From positions 22,224,222-22,288,221 of the forward strand of contig NC_069004.1 of the NCBI RefSeq assembly GCF_001194135.2: a stretch of 64,000 bases of DNA, written 5' to 3'. The stretch is from Octopus bimaculoides (lineage: Eukaryota). The translations under genes were made by a program, and so were the position numbers. The notes below the pieces were generated by a model. It made no database searches and had not been told where the DNA came from. It worked only from the letters and a program-made list of their open reading frames with translations. This document shows positions 26,006 to 38,170 of this stretch, piece by piece (the first letter of the stretch is position 1; each line of letters starts with the position of its first letter).

Positions 26006-26569
26006 CATCCTCACCATTTTAGGCCCACTTTTGACACTGGCTATCAACTGCTCAAAGCAGTTCTTAATTAGAGTTACTGCTCTCCTAAAGATATCAGGCA
26101 ACCACATCTCACTCATACATTTTATTTATGACTTGAAGCCTTTCCTAATACCAACCACTTTACAGAGTGTGCTGGGTGTATTTTGTCATAGCACCAACAC
26201 TAGAGGGGGTTGTCATACCCTCAACAAAACACCCTATGTTCTCGCTACTCATTTGCCAATCAGTTTATGAATTGTACTTTTATTGTGGCACCAGACTACT
26301 GAGGTTGCTTTGCGGCCTGTAAGACAGATGTGTTCCTCACCATTGTATATTGTCTCTGAGACAATCTGACCAAATGAGTGAGTAGGGAAGAGGGTGACAA
26401 CAGAAGATGGACCAGGATAGGAGGAAAAAAAGAAGTGAGATATGGTGGTGGAGACAAGAGTGGGAGGAGAGAAAAAAGTAAGAATAAGGTAGACAGGGTG
26501 ACTGAAGTAGTAGTTATGAAGGCTTTATATGACATCTGATATGTTCATAAACTCTCACCAAGAATTTAA

Positions 26570-28810
26570 GATTGATAAATATGAATCCCTTGAATCAAGA
26601 TAGAAAAATAGAACAGTTTGCATCAGTTTTTGACAAGCATTATTTAGGCATTTGTGCCATCACTTTGACATGGTTAACTGGATTTGATAAGGTCAAATTG
26701 GAAGATGAAAAAAAAAACTTATTCACAGGGGAAGAAATCAAGTAGTGGGATTATCAATGAGTAAACAAAGCACTTATGTGCAAAATCTTTTCATTAATTG
26801 GTTGCTATTCACTAAGTTCAAGTCTACACATGAAAATGTTGGTATATGTTATGCTCCCATGCATGAAACAACAGTTGATAAGATAAATTTTATAGCAACT
26901 TCAAGAGGCAGTTGGAAACAGCAAAGTGTGATCTGCAGGTGTATATAGGAGATTTCAATACCAGACTGGGAAACTAATGAGGTGTTTTTTTCTGAGTCTA
27001 TAGGTAAACAAGGAATGGTAAAAATGAATGAAAATAGATTACATTTTGTTCAGTTTTGGAATGGCAAATAAACTAATAAATTGTGTATTTTGAGAGTCAA
27101 AACCTACACAATATATACCTGGAACACTCCAGATAGAAAACACTAAAATCAAATGACCAAAATTAAAACAACATAGGACCTCAATGAAAGATGTAAAGGC
27201 AAAAAGAAGTGCATTATTAGCAGTGATCATTAACTCACAATATTTAGATTAAAAATTAAGCTAAAACAGATGACAACAAGAATGTTGACTCTAAAGTTTG
27301 ATATAGAGAAAATAAAAACAAATAAAAATGTAAAAGAAGAATTTGTGTATAATTTGTTATTCTACAGACAGTGATGGATGAAGAGGAAAGGGGGAGGATG
27401 AACATCAGATGTGGAATGATATTTTCAAGAGACTGTACAAGAAGCAGCAAAAGTAACACTTGAAACTAATAGGAAAATATGGATTACAAATGAAACATGA
27501 AGCATGATAGAGAAAAGGAAGATAGCAAAACTCAAATGTGAAACTGTAATTATGATGAAAGATTATCTATTTTAAGAGCTGAATATGTAAGCATTAATAG
27601 TAAAGTAAGAAGACTCACAAAGCACGATAAGAGGAAGTATTTAAATCACATTGCAGATAAGACTGAAGCTCAAATGAATAGTGGAAGAGTGATGGAGGGG
27701 ATATCAGATTAGCTTATCAATCAATTAAGGAAATTAGAAGAACCAGAAAAGCAAAGAGCTCCTAATTAGAAATACACAGGATGACCTGTTAAAGGATCTT
27801 TTTTTAAATGAATAGATGAAAGAAACACTTTGAAGAAGTATTAAACAGACCAATTCTACAAAATAAAGAAAATACACATCCAGTTGAACAGGATCTGAAC
27901 ACTGAAATGGGTGGTGGTGGTGGTGGTGGTGGTGGTGGAGAATCAGTCATAAATGCTATAAAGTAGTTATTAAAGCACTGAATGTAGACGGAATCATATC
28001 CCAAATGGTAAAAGCTAAGGGGACCATAACAACAATTGCGTTCACCAGACTGTTTAAATGAATTTAGAAAACAGGTGGAATTCCCACAGGATGGAAGAAA
28101 AATATTATAATTGAAATGTCTAAGAAGAAGGACTTACATGACTATGAGAGGAACAGAAATATCAGAGAGTCAGTTTTGGTCAAGAAACTGTTCAGCTGGA
28201 TAATTTTAAGCAGAATTGAACCTAGTGTTGACAAGATTCTGAAATGGAAGAGTGTGTGACAAATAAATCTTTACAATAAAGCATATTATACAACTAGCAA
28301 ATGAAATGAAGGTGCCATTAAGCCAGTGTCTTGATGATTTCCAGAGGGCTTTCAAGAATATATTGACATTATTTCAAATAAGCATGAAGACATATCATGT
28401 CATGGTGGTGGGAACTTACAGTAAAACTTTTATGGTCAAGTCTGGAAGTATTTAAAGAGAAATACTGCCTCCACTACATTTTGTATTAGTGAATATGTTT
28501 CATAGGGAAGAGTTTGTGGACTACAATGGACAAATAATTCTATTTTGTCACACGGCCAACAATTGCGGAAGAGGGGGGGGGGATGGAGAAATCAATTACA
28601 TTGACCCCAGTACTTGACCTCAGCAGCAGTTGAATTCAGAACATAAAGAGCTGGAACAAACACTGCTAAGCACTTATCTGACACTCTAATGATTCTGCCA
28701 GCTCACTACCAATGGACAAATTAGATAAAAACTTAATTAGATTATAGTGACAATCTGCGGATGATTAGCAGAACATAAGAAATGCAACACATATTGGATA
28801 GGTGAACCTT
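26570..28810 (+). pseudogene. Old RTE-BovB-like LINE ORF2 (APE endonuclease through RT), heavily decayed
   Basis: Manual translation across stops and frameshifts: KFKSTHENVGICYAP..DLQVYIGDFNTRLG (APE); WITNET..IEKRK..DKRKYLNHIA..KHFEEVLNRP (linker); ALNVDGI..IPTGWKKNII..SKKKDL..LSRIE..DDFQRAF; LDYSDNL (YADD-like) after the SINE insertion. Confidence 0.8.
28536..28710 (-). mobile_element. SINE family A inserted in the old RTE, with 11-bp TSD
   Basis: aatggacaaat occurs at 28525-28535 and 28711-28721; the interior is the reverse complement of family A. Confidence 0.85.
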
Positions 28811-29507
28811 CTCCATGCTGTTGTCGGAATTTGTCGTGCATGAGTTTTCATGCATCTTGTCACCTTGAGCAGGGTGCTTAAAATAAACATTACTACATTT
28901 ATTTCAAGTGTTTGAGGTTGTAAATAGGCTACTTTCGATTCAGAACAAGGCTAAACTTCAATTTTTTTAATGTCATTTTCATTGTTAATATATTAACCAT
29001 AAAGTAATCAAGCATTGAAATTGATCACAGTTTTTTTGGATACTTTACTGAACAAACATGGCAGCTCCTGCATTTGAAGCTTTTCTGGAAGAAATCTAGT
29101 TTGATTCTAACTCAGATGACAATTTTGAAGGATTTGCTCAGGCAGATATTGATGATAAAATTATTCAAGATGATGACAAGGATGTAAACTGTGCTTACAG
29201 TGATATTGAGAACAATGTACCAAGTGGATGCTATTGTCCATGACTGGCTAATTAAAGGAAAGTACTGGCCCCAAAGAGGTACATTTCTGAGGGGCAGCTC
29301 TTTCACCTATTCCTTAATGCATTACATTAAAATATTATTCATCCATTCCTTTATTAGTATACAAAAAAAAAAAAAAACCAAGCCTGTATGCACAATACAA
29401 CAAAAGTTATAACAATTTAAAAACAAGAGGTGCTCATGCTTTTGTTCTCTCAAAAATAATGCAATGGCAGACGAAACTATTCTAGCAGAAAATCAGTGTG
29501 CTAAAGG
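28803..29507 (+). mobile_element. piggyBac-like element remnant with a transposase N-terminal fragment
   Basis: From ATG 29059: MAAPAFEAFLEEI*FDSNSDDNFEGF..DDD.. then HDWL / STGP / LFHLFL in shifting frames, resembling the acidic PGBD N-terminus. Ends tgaacctt.. and ..gctaaaggttag resemble degenerate TTAA-type termini. Confidence 0.4.
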
Positions 29508-29928
29508 TTAGTAAGAGAGGGGAGCAAGCTTGGCCTGCTTATTGATTATTAAAAGAAAGAAATAATACAAATTGTCATTCATTTCCTTGTAGTATAGAAG
29601 AAATAATAAAGACCATTGGTCACTTCATGTACATGTAATAGTGCTTTTGCTTGGAGCTTGGATCAAAAAATGCAGTTAAAAGAAATTTATATAGCAGGAA
29701 CTGAAACTACAATCTTACAACACTAGGTTACATACCTACATAACAATATTTTCTAGCTAGAATAAGCCTATGTCTATTCTTATTTATAGATTATCATTAT
29801 AGAATTGGTTGTAAGTAATTTCAGTCCAACTGATTTTGAATATGTGTGTTTCCCTTAGTGGTCAGAAGTATTACGAGGGAGATAATCATTTTGTCATATT
29901 TAGCAGGATTAGAAATGTGAATTTGAAA

Positions 29929-30127
29929 TTAACCCTTTAGCATTTAGACTAGCCATATCCAGCTAAACTATTTAATCTGTTTTATGTTCAAACTGGCTAT
30001 AATTGGCCTCTCAAAAATCTATAATCATGTCACTGAAATCTCAAAGCTCGAAGATAATGCAGCATTAATTCAAAATGATGGAAATAAATTAACATTATGT
30101 TTGACAAAGTAATCTGAATAGGGTTAA
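29929..30127 (-). mobile_element. TTAA-type MITE family E
   Basis: ttaaccctttagcatttag..aatctgaatagggttaa, with TTAA at both ends. Confidence 0.85.
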
Positions 30128-30961
30128 GGAATTATAAGGAAAAAGCTCCATAAAATTCACATATTCATTTATTTATCTTCTAGCTATTACGAAGTTATTA
30201 AAATTTCTAGCCAGTGATAATAATGTATAGTATTATTTCATTTGTTTTAGAAATCATCTGCATGATACAAACTGTGACTTATTAATTAAACATTTTATGA
30301 AGTGAAACATTTCATTAAAGAGGGAAATAACAGCAGTGTAGAGAAAGTTCAGGAAATCATTTTTTTCTTTCTTTTTCTTTATAGAATGTCAGTAGTTCAG
30401 CAATGAAGAGGAAAGAGAGGAAGTTCGTAGTGTTTAAATATAGGACTGTTTTCAAATAGGAGGAACACATTACATAACTGTCATGATATTTTTATTATTA
30501 TTACCATCATCATGAACGGTCATACATAGCACGAACAGTAAACTACCAGATAAATGCCTCTTGGTTGAATTTTCTTTCTTTCATTTGGGACTAGTAAAAT
30601 AAGTGTCATTTATGAATTGACGTTTATAGCTACCTAAATGGACTCCATTTATAAATTTATATCCTGTTACCAATGTAAGAAATTACTGTTATTTTATTCC
30701 ACAAGGCACAAAACTAATAATATTTGCAAGAGTCAATTGAACTGGTTTGACTTCAATGGAATTTGAACATAGAAATATTAAGTAACAGATTAGTTTAGTA
30801 CTCAAAAGAGTTCCATAATAGTCACTCTCTCTCTCTCAGTTATACAAACATATGCATGTGTACACATACAGGCACAAAACACACATACATACACTGTATG
30901 CACACAAATATTCACTCTAACACCAAATGAAATTTACATATGCTATAAAACGAAAGTATTT

Positions 30962-31331
30962 AAAACGAGCACTCAGAGAGCGCAAACCTCCACCAAGGCA
31001 ACACCAATGTCCTCTCAACGATTAGCCGGAGATGATTTTTAAAATGAGAATATCTGAAATAAACTTGACTGCTCTCACAAACAAGAATACTAAAAATGAA
31101 CCTGACTGGTCTCAAAAATTAAGTAAAAAAAAAAACAGAAAAATAATCCAGAATCCCTGTCCAGAACTGGATCAATTCCAAAATCTAATCAGTTCATGCC
31201 AGTCATGAGGCCAAACATCCCTGAAAGTTTCATCCAAATCCATCCAGTAGTTCTTGAGATATCTTGTCCACGGACAAACAAACAAACATGACAGAAAACA
31301 ATACCTCCATCTTCGCTAAGGCAGAGGTAAA
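30962..31331 (-). mobile_element. Helentron-associated non-autonomous element (HINE/DINE-1-like), complete
   Basis: Minus strand: tttacctctgcc..gatggaggt, (tttg)n, 3' ggtggaggtttgcgctctctgagtgctc (sub-terminal inverted repeat plus 3' stem-loop gc.ctc-tct-gagtgc). Confidence 0.75.
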
Positions 31332-32309
31332 AGTGTACACAATTTTCAGTGAACAATGAAATATGTACAGAAACATGCATATGTACACACAGAGGCATGC
31401 AAACTCTTTAACATAGATAAACAATAGGGTCAGTGAATATAAGAATTAAGTGTCATAGTTTAACTGGTAAGTGTGAGTTCAGTTTAGTGACATTACCAAG
31501 TGGGTACATGGCTAAAAACTTTGAGGAAAGCAAGCTAGTTGATTACTACCAATTCTGAAAGTCTGAAATGCAAAGTGGTTTATCTTGGTAGGATTTGAAT
31601 TGAAAATCTAGAGAAGTGGATCAAATACTGAAAATCATTTTGTCTGATGCTCTAACAATTCAACTAATCTACCATAATAATGATAATTTCTAACAGAGAT
31701 ACAAAGCCACAAATGTGTGTATGACTGGTGTTAGTCAATCAAATCAACCCCAGCACTTCACTGGTACTATATTTTATTGACCTGGAAAGGATGAAATGCA
31801 AAGTTGACCTCAGCGGGATATGAACTCTGAACATAAAGTTCTGTGGCTAAATACTGCAACATATTTAATCCATCACTCTACTCATCATGCTAGAGGTATT
31901 ATAATCACACAGTCAGATGTGATACTTATTTATTTACGTTGTTTTGAGTTAATCATGTATTACCTTGTAGCTTTGAGATTTCAATAATGGGACTGTTTAT
32001 TTTTAGAATGATACTGTGGCCAGTTTGAACATAAAATAGGTATAATATTTTGGTCAGAAAAGGGTAGTTAAGTGCTAAACAGTTGTGGCAAGTTTTCTAC
32101 AATCTGTTGCCCCTCAAGTTACTAACCCTCACCTGTTTCCAAGTAAGTTAATATTTCCTCATATCTAGATTTGTTTTTCATAGAAGACTGAAATGAACAA
32201 CCTTGCTTGTATGACAATGATGCTCATTTACAAACATCACATGACGTCCAGACAAATGTACACACAAATACAACATACATACATACACACATAGATATGA
32301 TCCTAAAAC

Positions 32310-32560
32310 CAAGGGGTCATGAATAAAAGCATTGGTGTGAATGCTGGTGCCACATAACAAGCATTAATGATGGTGCCACGTAAAAAGCACCCAATACACT
32401 TTGTAAAGTGGCTGACATTACGAAGGGCATCCAGCTGTAGAAATCAAGCCAAAATAGACTATGGAAGCTGGTGCGGCACTCTGCCCCGCCAGTTCCTGCC
32501 AAGCTGTCCAACCCATGCCAGCATGAAAAGTGGATGTTAAATGATTATGATGATGATGAA
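32310..32560 (+). mobile_element. RTE-type 3' tail with (GAT)n followed by (TA)n
   Basis: ggtgccacgtaaaaagcaccc..gaagggcatccagctgtagaaa..gttaaatgattatgatgatgatgaaatatatatat. Confidence 0.85.
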
Positions 32561-32850
32561 ATATATATATGGTGCTTTCAGTTAGAAGCTTTATGAAAGC
32601 TTTCAGTTACCATCTACTAAATAGTCAATAGAATAACGGTGGGGAAAGGAATAATCAATAGAACTAACCTGTCTTCAAATGTATGATACTTAAAATATGT
32701 AAACTTGACAATTTATGAGGTAGACATACAATTTTTATTATATTTTCTACAAGTATTCTGTGATTTTCAGTGAATAGTAAAACATACACACACTCACATA
32801 CAAAAATGAATGGGCAAAATTAGTTTATGACAGGGTATAATTATATACAT

Positions 32851-33603
32851 ACTAGCAGAGGCACCAGGCGTTGCTCGGGAATGAAATTGTTGCTTATATA
32901 CTTGAAGAAAAAAAGGCAAAATATGCTGTATAGAAATTTGAGAGGACGTTCTGTAGATGGACTCTCAGATGAATGATGGCTGGGCGCCTCTCATGAATGG
33001 GGAAAATTGAAGATGTGTCAAAAAGCCTCATTGGTAATTGGAAACTTTTACGAAAACTAAAATGGGGACTAAATGAAAAAAATGATTTACATGAATATCC
33101 TCACAAGAGTAATTGAAATAAATGGCGATTGTGGAACCCCCCACGCATGCACGCACGCGCACGCGCTTACATACGTGTGTCTTTGTAAATATGTTTGTAT
33201 ACATTTATGTATGTGTGTGTTTGTAAGAGACAGAGTGTGAGTGAGTCAAGGGGTGTGTGTGTGCGTGTGTATGTGTGTGAGACAGAGTGAGAGAGCGGTG
33301 TGTATGTAGTATTTACTCTCTCTCTCTCTCTCTCTCATACACACTCACACACAAAATAGAGAGTGAAGCTTTTTGCCGTTGTTACGTCAATACCGGAAGT
33401 TGACATTGAGGAACCTTTTTAAAGAAGTGAATCTTAAATATAAAGCAATATTATTTATTTTTAATTAAAAAAATCAAATGAAGAGCCTAACATTTATCCG
33501 AGGTCAAATTATTCACGCATCACAAGTATGGAAGCATTTGGTGAAGTCGATTTCACGTGAAAAGCGATTACACACACATCTCTGTTTTATATATAGTATA
33601 GAT
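32851..33603 (+). mobile_element. Helitron/Helentron-type non-autonomous element with internal microsatellites
   Basis: 5' actagcagaggcaccaggcgttgctcggg; 3' ctctgttttatatatagtatagat; palindrome tttcacgtgaaa at 33551-33562; CpGs retained, suggesting a younger age. Confidence 0.65.
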
Positions 33604-33617
33604 TAAATATACATACA

Positions 33618-33942
33618 TAGGTGCAGGCATGGCTGTGTGGTAAGAAGTTTATTTCCTGACCACATGATTCCAGGTGTAGTCCCATCGCAAGTGTTTTCTA
33701 CGATAGCCTTGGGCCAAAAAAGTGAATGTGGTAGACGGAAACTGAAAGAAGCCTGTCATGTGAATGTGTGTTTGTTCCCCACCACTGCTTGACAACCAGT
33801 GTTGGTGTGTTTATGTCCCCGTAACTTAGCAGGAATAAGTACCAAGCTTAAAAAAAGTACTGGGGTTGATTCATTAGACTAGAATTCTTCAAGGCAGTGC
33901 CTCAGGAAGGCAATAATCAGATAACTGAAACAAGTAAAAGAT
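33618..33942 (+). mobile_element. SINE family B copy
   Basis: ggtgcaggcatggctgtgtggtaagaag..gacggaaactgaaagaagcc..cttgacaaccagtgttgg..ctgaaacaagtaaaagata. Confidence 0.85.
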
Positions 33943-34224
33943 ACATAGTTACACACAGACACACACACACACACACACATAAAAGGAGAGACAAGCAGTC
34001 ATAGATGTAACAATATAATAATTGTTTCTAATACAGGAACAACTGTACAAATTCTAAAGGAGAGATAAGGAGATTAAATCAACTCCAGTACTTGACTGGT
34101 ACTTTATTTCATCACTACAAGAAAGATGAAAGACAAAGCAGACCAAGTAAGCTTTAAACTTGGTATGCGAAAAACTAAATACAATACCACAAGGCATTTT
34201 GTCAGAATAATATAAAATTATTTG

Positions 34225-34660
34225 TGTAAGGACTTTCGAGCGAGATCGTTGCCAGTGTCCTTGGACTGGCTCTTGTGCGTGTGGCACATAAAATACACCA
34301 TTTTGAGCGTGGCCGTTCCCAGTACCGCTGGACTGGCCTTCATAGGATTTTCGAGCGAGATCGTTGCCAGTGCCCCTGGACTGGCTCTTGTGCAGGTGGC
34401 ACATAAAATACACCATCTTTAGCATGGCCGTTGCCAGTACCGCCTGACTGGCCTTCGTGCGGGTGACACGTAAAAGCACTCACTACACTCTCTGACTGGT
34501 TGGCGTTAGGAAGGGCATCCAGCCGTAGAAACTCTACCAAATCAGATTGGAGCCTGGTGTAGCCATCTGGTTTCACCAGTCCTCAGTCAAATTGTCCAAC
34601 CCATGCTAGCATGGAAAGCGGACGTTAAACGACGATGATGATGATGATGATGATGATGAT
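34225..34660 (+). mobile_element. RTE 3' UTR fragment with about four tandem ~60-nt units and a (GAT)n tail
   Basis: Two ~118-nt repeats, each made of two ~60-nt subunits, then ggcgttaggaagggcatccagc..ggaaagcggacgttaaacgac(gat)n. Confidence 0.9.
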
Positions 34661-34861
34661 TTGGAAATGTCACTCTCTCTCTCTAGCTTTGATTTTCTAT
34701 GTAACATTGTTTACATTATTTATGTCTCTAACTCCTATATTCTTATACAAATTTATTGAGTACTTTCATATACTGAACATGAAATTACATCATGATGTAC
34801 TTTGGTGACCCAGCATAGCCATAGCCTCTAGCTGAAACTGACAAGAGAATAACAGAATGAA

Positions 34862-34893
<32 letters not shown>

Positions 34894-35639
34894 ACATCAT
34901 TATCATCATCCTCTCCTTTAACATCCGTTTTCCATGCTAGAATGGGTTGGATGGTTTCACCAGAGCTGGCAAGACAGAGAGCTACGCCAGGCTCCAGTCT
35001 GATTTGGCTTGGTTTCTACAGTTGGGTGCATTTAACATGCCACTGGCACAAGCGCTTTTACGTGGCACCAGCACAGGATTCTTGCAAGTCAATCCTCTTC
35101 ACCAGCAGGGAGAGCCTTAACATTTCTGTTGTGGAGTAAAGGTCATCTCAAGCACACACACACACACACACAAATAGATATCTCAGTCCATTATCATCTC
35201 TAATATATATAGATATAATAATAATAATAATATCAAGGTTAATAAGAAATATTAGAAATTTCTACTACCTGTGGCCAAGCATGTAAAAATTTAGTCTATA
35301 GACTACATAAGGAGCTGCGCTTGCACGTTAGATTTGAAAAATTAGAATGTATAAGCATGGGGCATATACTGGATTGCCTCGTGTATATCTGTTTAATCTA
35401 GGTGCACCTACTCAACAAGACTTCGCTTAGCAAATTATTTTATTTGCTAAAATAAGTCAGAAACCATAGTCCAGGAGTTAGCTGGTAAATGTTTTTTATT
35501 TTTTATTCCCTTAAAAGTTTTATCCCCAATAGTGGTTTGGAACTTAGCTGTTCTTTCTAGTGTGTAAGGAATCCTATGATGGATACGTCTTATGTGTTTA
35601 AATGTACACTGTATCTATCTATCTATATATATATATATA

Positions 35640-35805
35640 TGATTGTGTAGTTAAGAAGTTCATTTTGCAACTCCGTGGGTTTCTGATTCAGTCACACAAC
35701 ACAGCATCTTCAGCATGTGTCTTCTACGATACCAGGCCAGCCTATGCCTTGTGAGTGAATTTGGCAGAAGAGAACTGTGTTGAAGCCTATCATACAGATA
35801 TATAT
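35640..35805 (+). mobile_element. SINE family B head; its 3' half is displaced to about 37685-37835
   Basis: gattgtgtagttaagaag..gattcagtc..gccttgtgagtgaatttgg..gaagcct then (TA)n; the matching body resumes after two RTE insertions. Confidence 0.7.
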
Positions 35806-37339
35806 ATCATCATCATCATTTAACATCCGCTTTCCATGCTGACATGGGTTGGACAGTTTGACTGAGGACTCATGAGCCAGAGGCTGCACCAGGCTCCAAT
35901 CTGATCTGGCAAAGTTTCTACAGCTGGATGCCCTTCTTAACGCCAACCACTCTGAGAGTGTAGTGCGTGCTTTTATGTGCCACCGGCACGAGGGCTAGGC
36001 AGGTGGTAATGGCAACGACCACACTCATGCTCAAAAGGTATTTTTACATGCTACCTGCATGGGAGCCAGTCTGGCGGCACTGGCAACGACCACACTCAAA
36101 TGTTGTTTTTCACGTCCCACTGGCACATGTGCCAGTAAGGCGACGCTGGCAACGATCATGCTCAAATGGTACTTTTCACGTGTCACCAGCACAGGAGCCA
36201 ATCCGTGGCCTTGGCAACGATCAACTCGGATGTGCTTTTAACATTCCACTGGCATGAGTGCCAATCAGGCGGTACTGTTATCAGTCACGTCAGCGATTTT
36301 GGTTTGTTTACACTTGCCTCAATAGGTCTTCGCAAGCAAAGTTCATTGGCCAATAAAAGAGGGGTACTCATAAGTGGGCCGGTTACACCCCACGTTCGGA
36401 TGTGTTTTAACATTCCACTGGCACGAGTGCCAATCAGGTGGTACTGTCATTGGCCACGTCAGCAATTTTGATTTTGATTTCCTTGCCTCAATAGGTTTTC
36501 ACAAGCAAGGTTTATTGTCCAGTGAATGAGGGGTATTCATAAATGGGCTGGTTACACCCAGTGGCATAGGCCATGGGCTATGGTCTCACTTGGTTTGTCA
36601 GGTCTTCTCAAACACAGCATATCTCCAAAGGTCCCGGTCACTAGTCATTGCCTCGGTAAGGCCCAATGTTCGAAGGTCGTGCTTCAACCCCCCATCCCAG
36701 GTTTTCCTGGGTCTACCACTTCCACAGGTTCCCTCAACTGCTAGCGTGTGACACTTTTTCACACAGCTGTCCTCATTCATTCACAACACATGACCATACC
36801 AGTGCAGTCGTCTCTCTTGCACACCACATCTGATGCTTCTTAAATCCAACTTTCCTCTCAGGGCGCTTACACTCTGTCGTGTATGCACACTGACATTACA
36901 CATCCAGTGGAGCATACTGGCTTCATTCCTTGCAAGCTTACGCATATCCTCAACAGTCATGGCCCATGTTTCACTGCTATGTAGCATGGCAGTCCGCACA
37001 CATGCGTCATACATTCTACCTTTTACTCTGAGCGAGAGGCCCTTTGTCACTAGCAGAGGTAGGAGCTCTCTGAACTTTGCCCAGGCTATTCTTATTCTAG
37101 CAGCCACACTTTCAGAGCATCCACCCCAGCTACTGGCTTGGCCCCCTACGTAACAGAAGCTATCAACCACTTCTAGTTTTTCTCCCTGGATTGTGACAGA
37201 AGCTGTTCTCTGCACATCTTCAGTGTTTATAGCACCTGAGCATTTGCCACATACAAAAACTATCTTCCCAGTTAGCCTCCCTTTGATATTGCTGCACCTC
37301 TTATGCGTCCATAGCTTACACTGGGTACATCCTATGGAG
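35806..37339 (-). mobile_element. 5'-truncated RTE-clade LINE: ORF2 C-terminal part, ~800-nt repeat-containing 3' UTR, (GAT)n tail
   Basis: The frame 37339 to 36598 is continuous except for one in-frame TGA (36781-36783): LEVVDSFCYVG..RIRIAWAKFRELLPLL..VKGRMYDACVRTAMLHSSETW..RLHWYGHVL*MNED..GRPRKTW..DRDLWR. These are typical RTE C-terminal motifs. Confidence 0.95.
36598..37339 (-). pseudogene. RTE ORF2 C-terminal coding remnant, including a PHD-like Cys/His module
   Basis: ORF-track entries 36781-37395 and 36598-36780 are in the same frame. The YIYI start of the first is microsatellite, not element. Confidence 0.9.
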
Positions 37340-37352
37340 ATATATATACATG

Positions 37353-37408
<56 letters not shown>

Positions 37409-37420
37409 CATATATATACA

Positions 37421-37572
37421 TATCATCATCATCATCGTTTAACGTCCGCTTTCCATGCTAGCATGGGTTGGACGATTTGACTGAGGACTGGTGAAACCGG
37501 ATGGCAACACCAGGCTCCAGTCTAATTTGGCAGAGTTTCTACAGCTGGATGCCCTTCCTAACGCCAACCACT
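37421..37572 (-). mobile_element. Short RTE 3' tail insertion within a (TA)n/(TG)n tract
   Basis: Differs at about one position (ccagtct vs ccaatct) from 59765-59915 over ~150 nt. Confidence 0.92.
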
Positions 37573-37576
37573 CCAC

Positions 37577-37610
<34 letters not shown>

Positions 37611-37869
37611 ATATACATATATATATATACATGTGCATATATACATATATATATATATATACATATATACATATATACATACATATGTTCACCTCTTCCT
37701 ATTTGGTAACTAGTGTTGGTTTTACATCCCTATAACTTACCAGACTGGCAAAAAGAGACCAACAGAATAAGTATCAGATTTAAAAATAAACATTGGGGTT
37801 AATCTGTTTGAATAAGTCCTTCACAGTAGCAATCCCATATTTCTACAGCCCAAAGGCTGTAACACATAA

Positions 37870-38079
37870 AAGAATATACCTTTAGCTTTTACCTGTTTCA
37901 ATCACTGAATTGCAGCCTTGAAGGGTTTACTTGAAAAGATTGTCCCCAGTACTTATTTTCTAAAGTCTGGTACTTATCCTATTGGTGTCCTTTGCTGAAC
38001 CACTAAGTTACATGAACACAAAAAGTCAACTCCAGTTGTCAAGCAGCAAGAAGACAAACAGGAACTCAAAGACACACAC

Positions 38080-38118
<39 letters not shown>

Positions 38119-38129
38119 TNNNNNNNNNN

Positions 38130-38170
<41 letters not shown>

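Noticed and set aside
30385-30470. Strong polypyrimidine acceptor (ttttctttatAG) followed by a short frame
   Set aside because: No convincing donor, and early stops.
34230-34480. Repeat-spacer appearance suggesting a CRISPR array
   Set aside because: These are whole-unit tandem duplications within a eukaryotic LINE 3' UTR, with no unique spacers and no cas genes.
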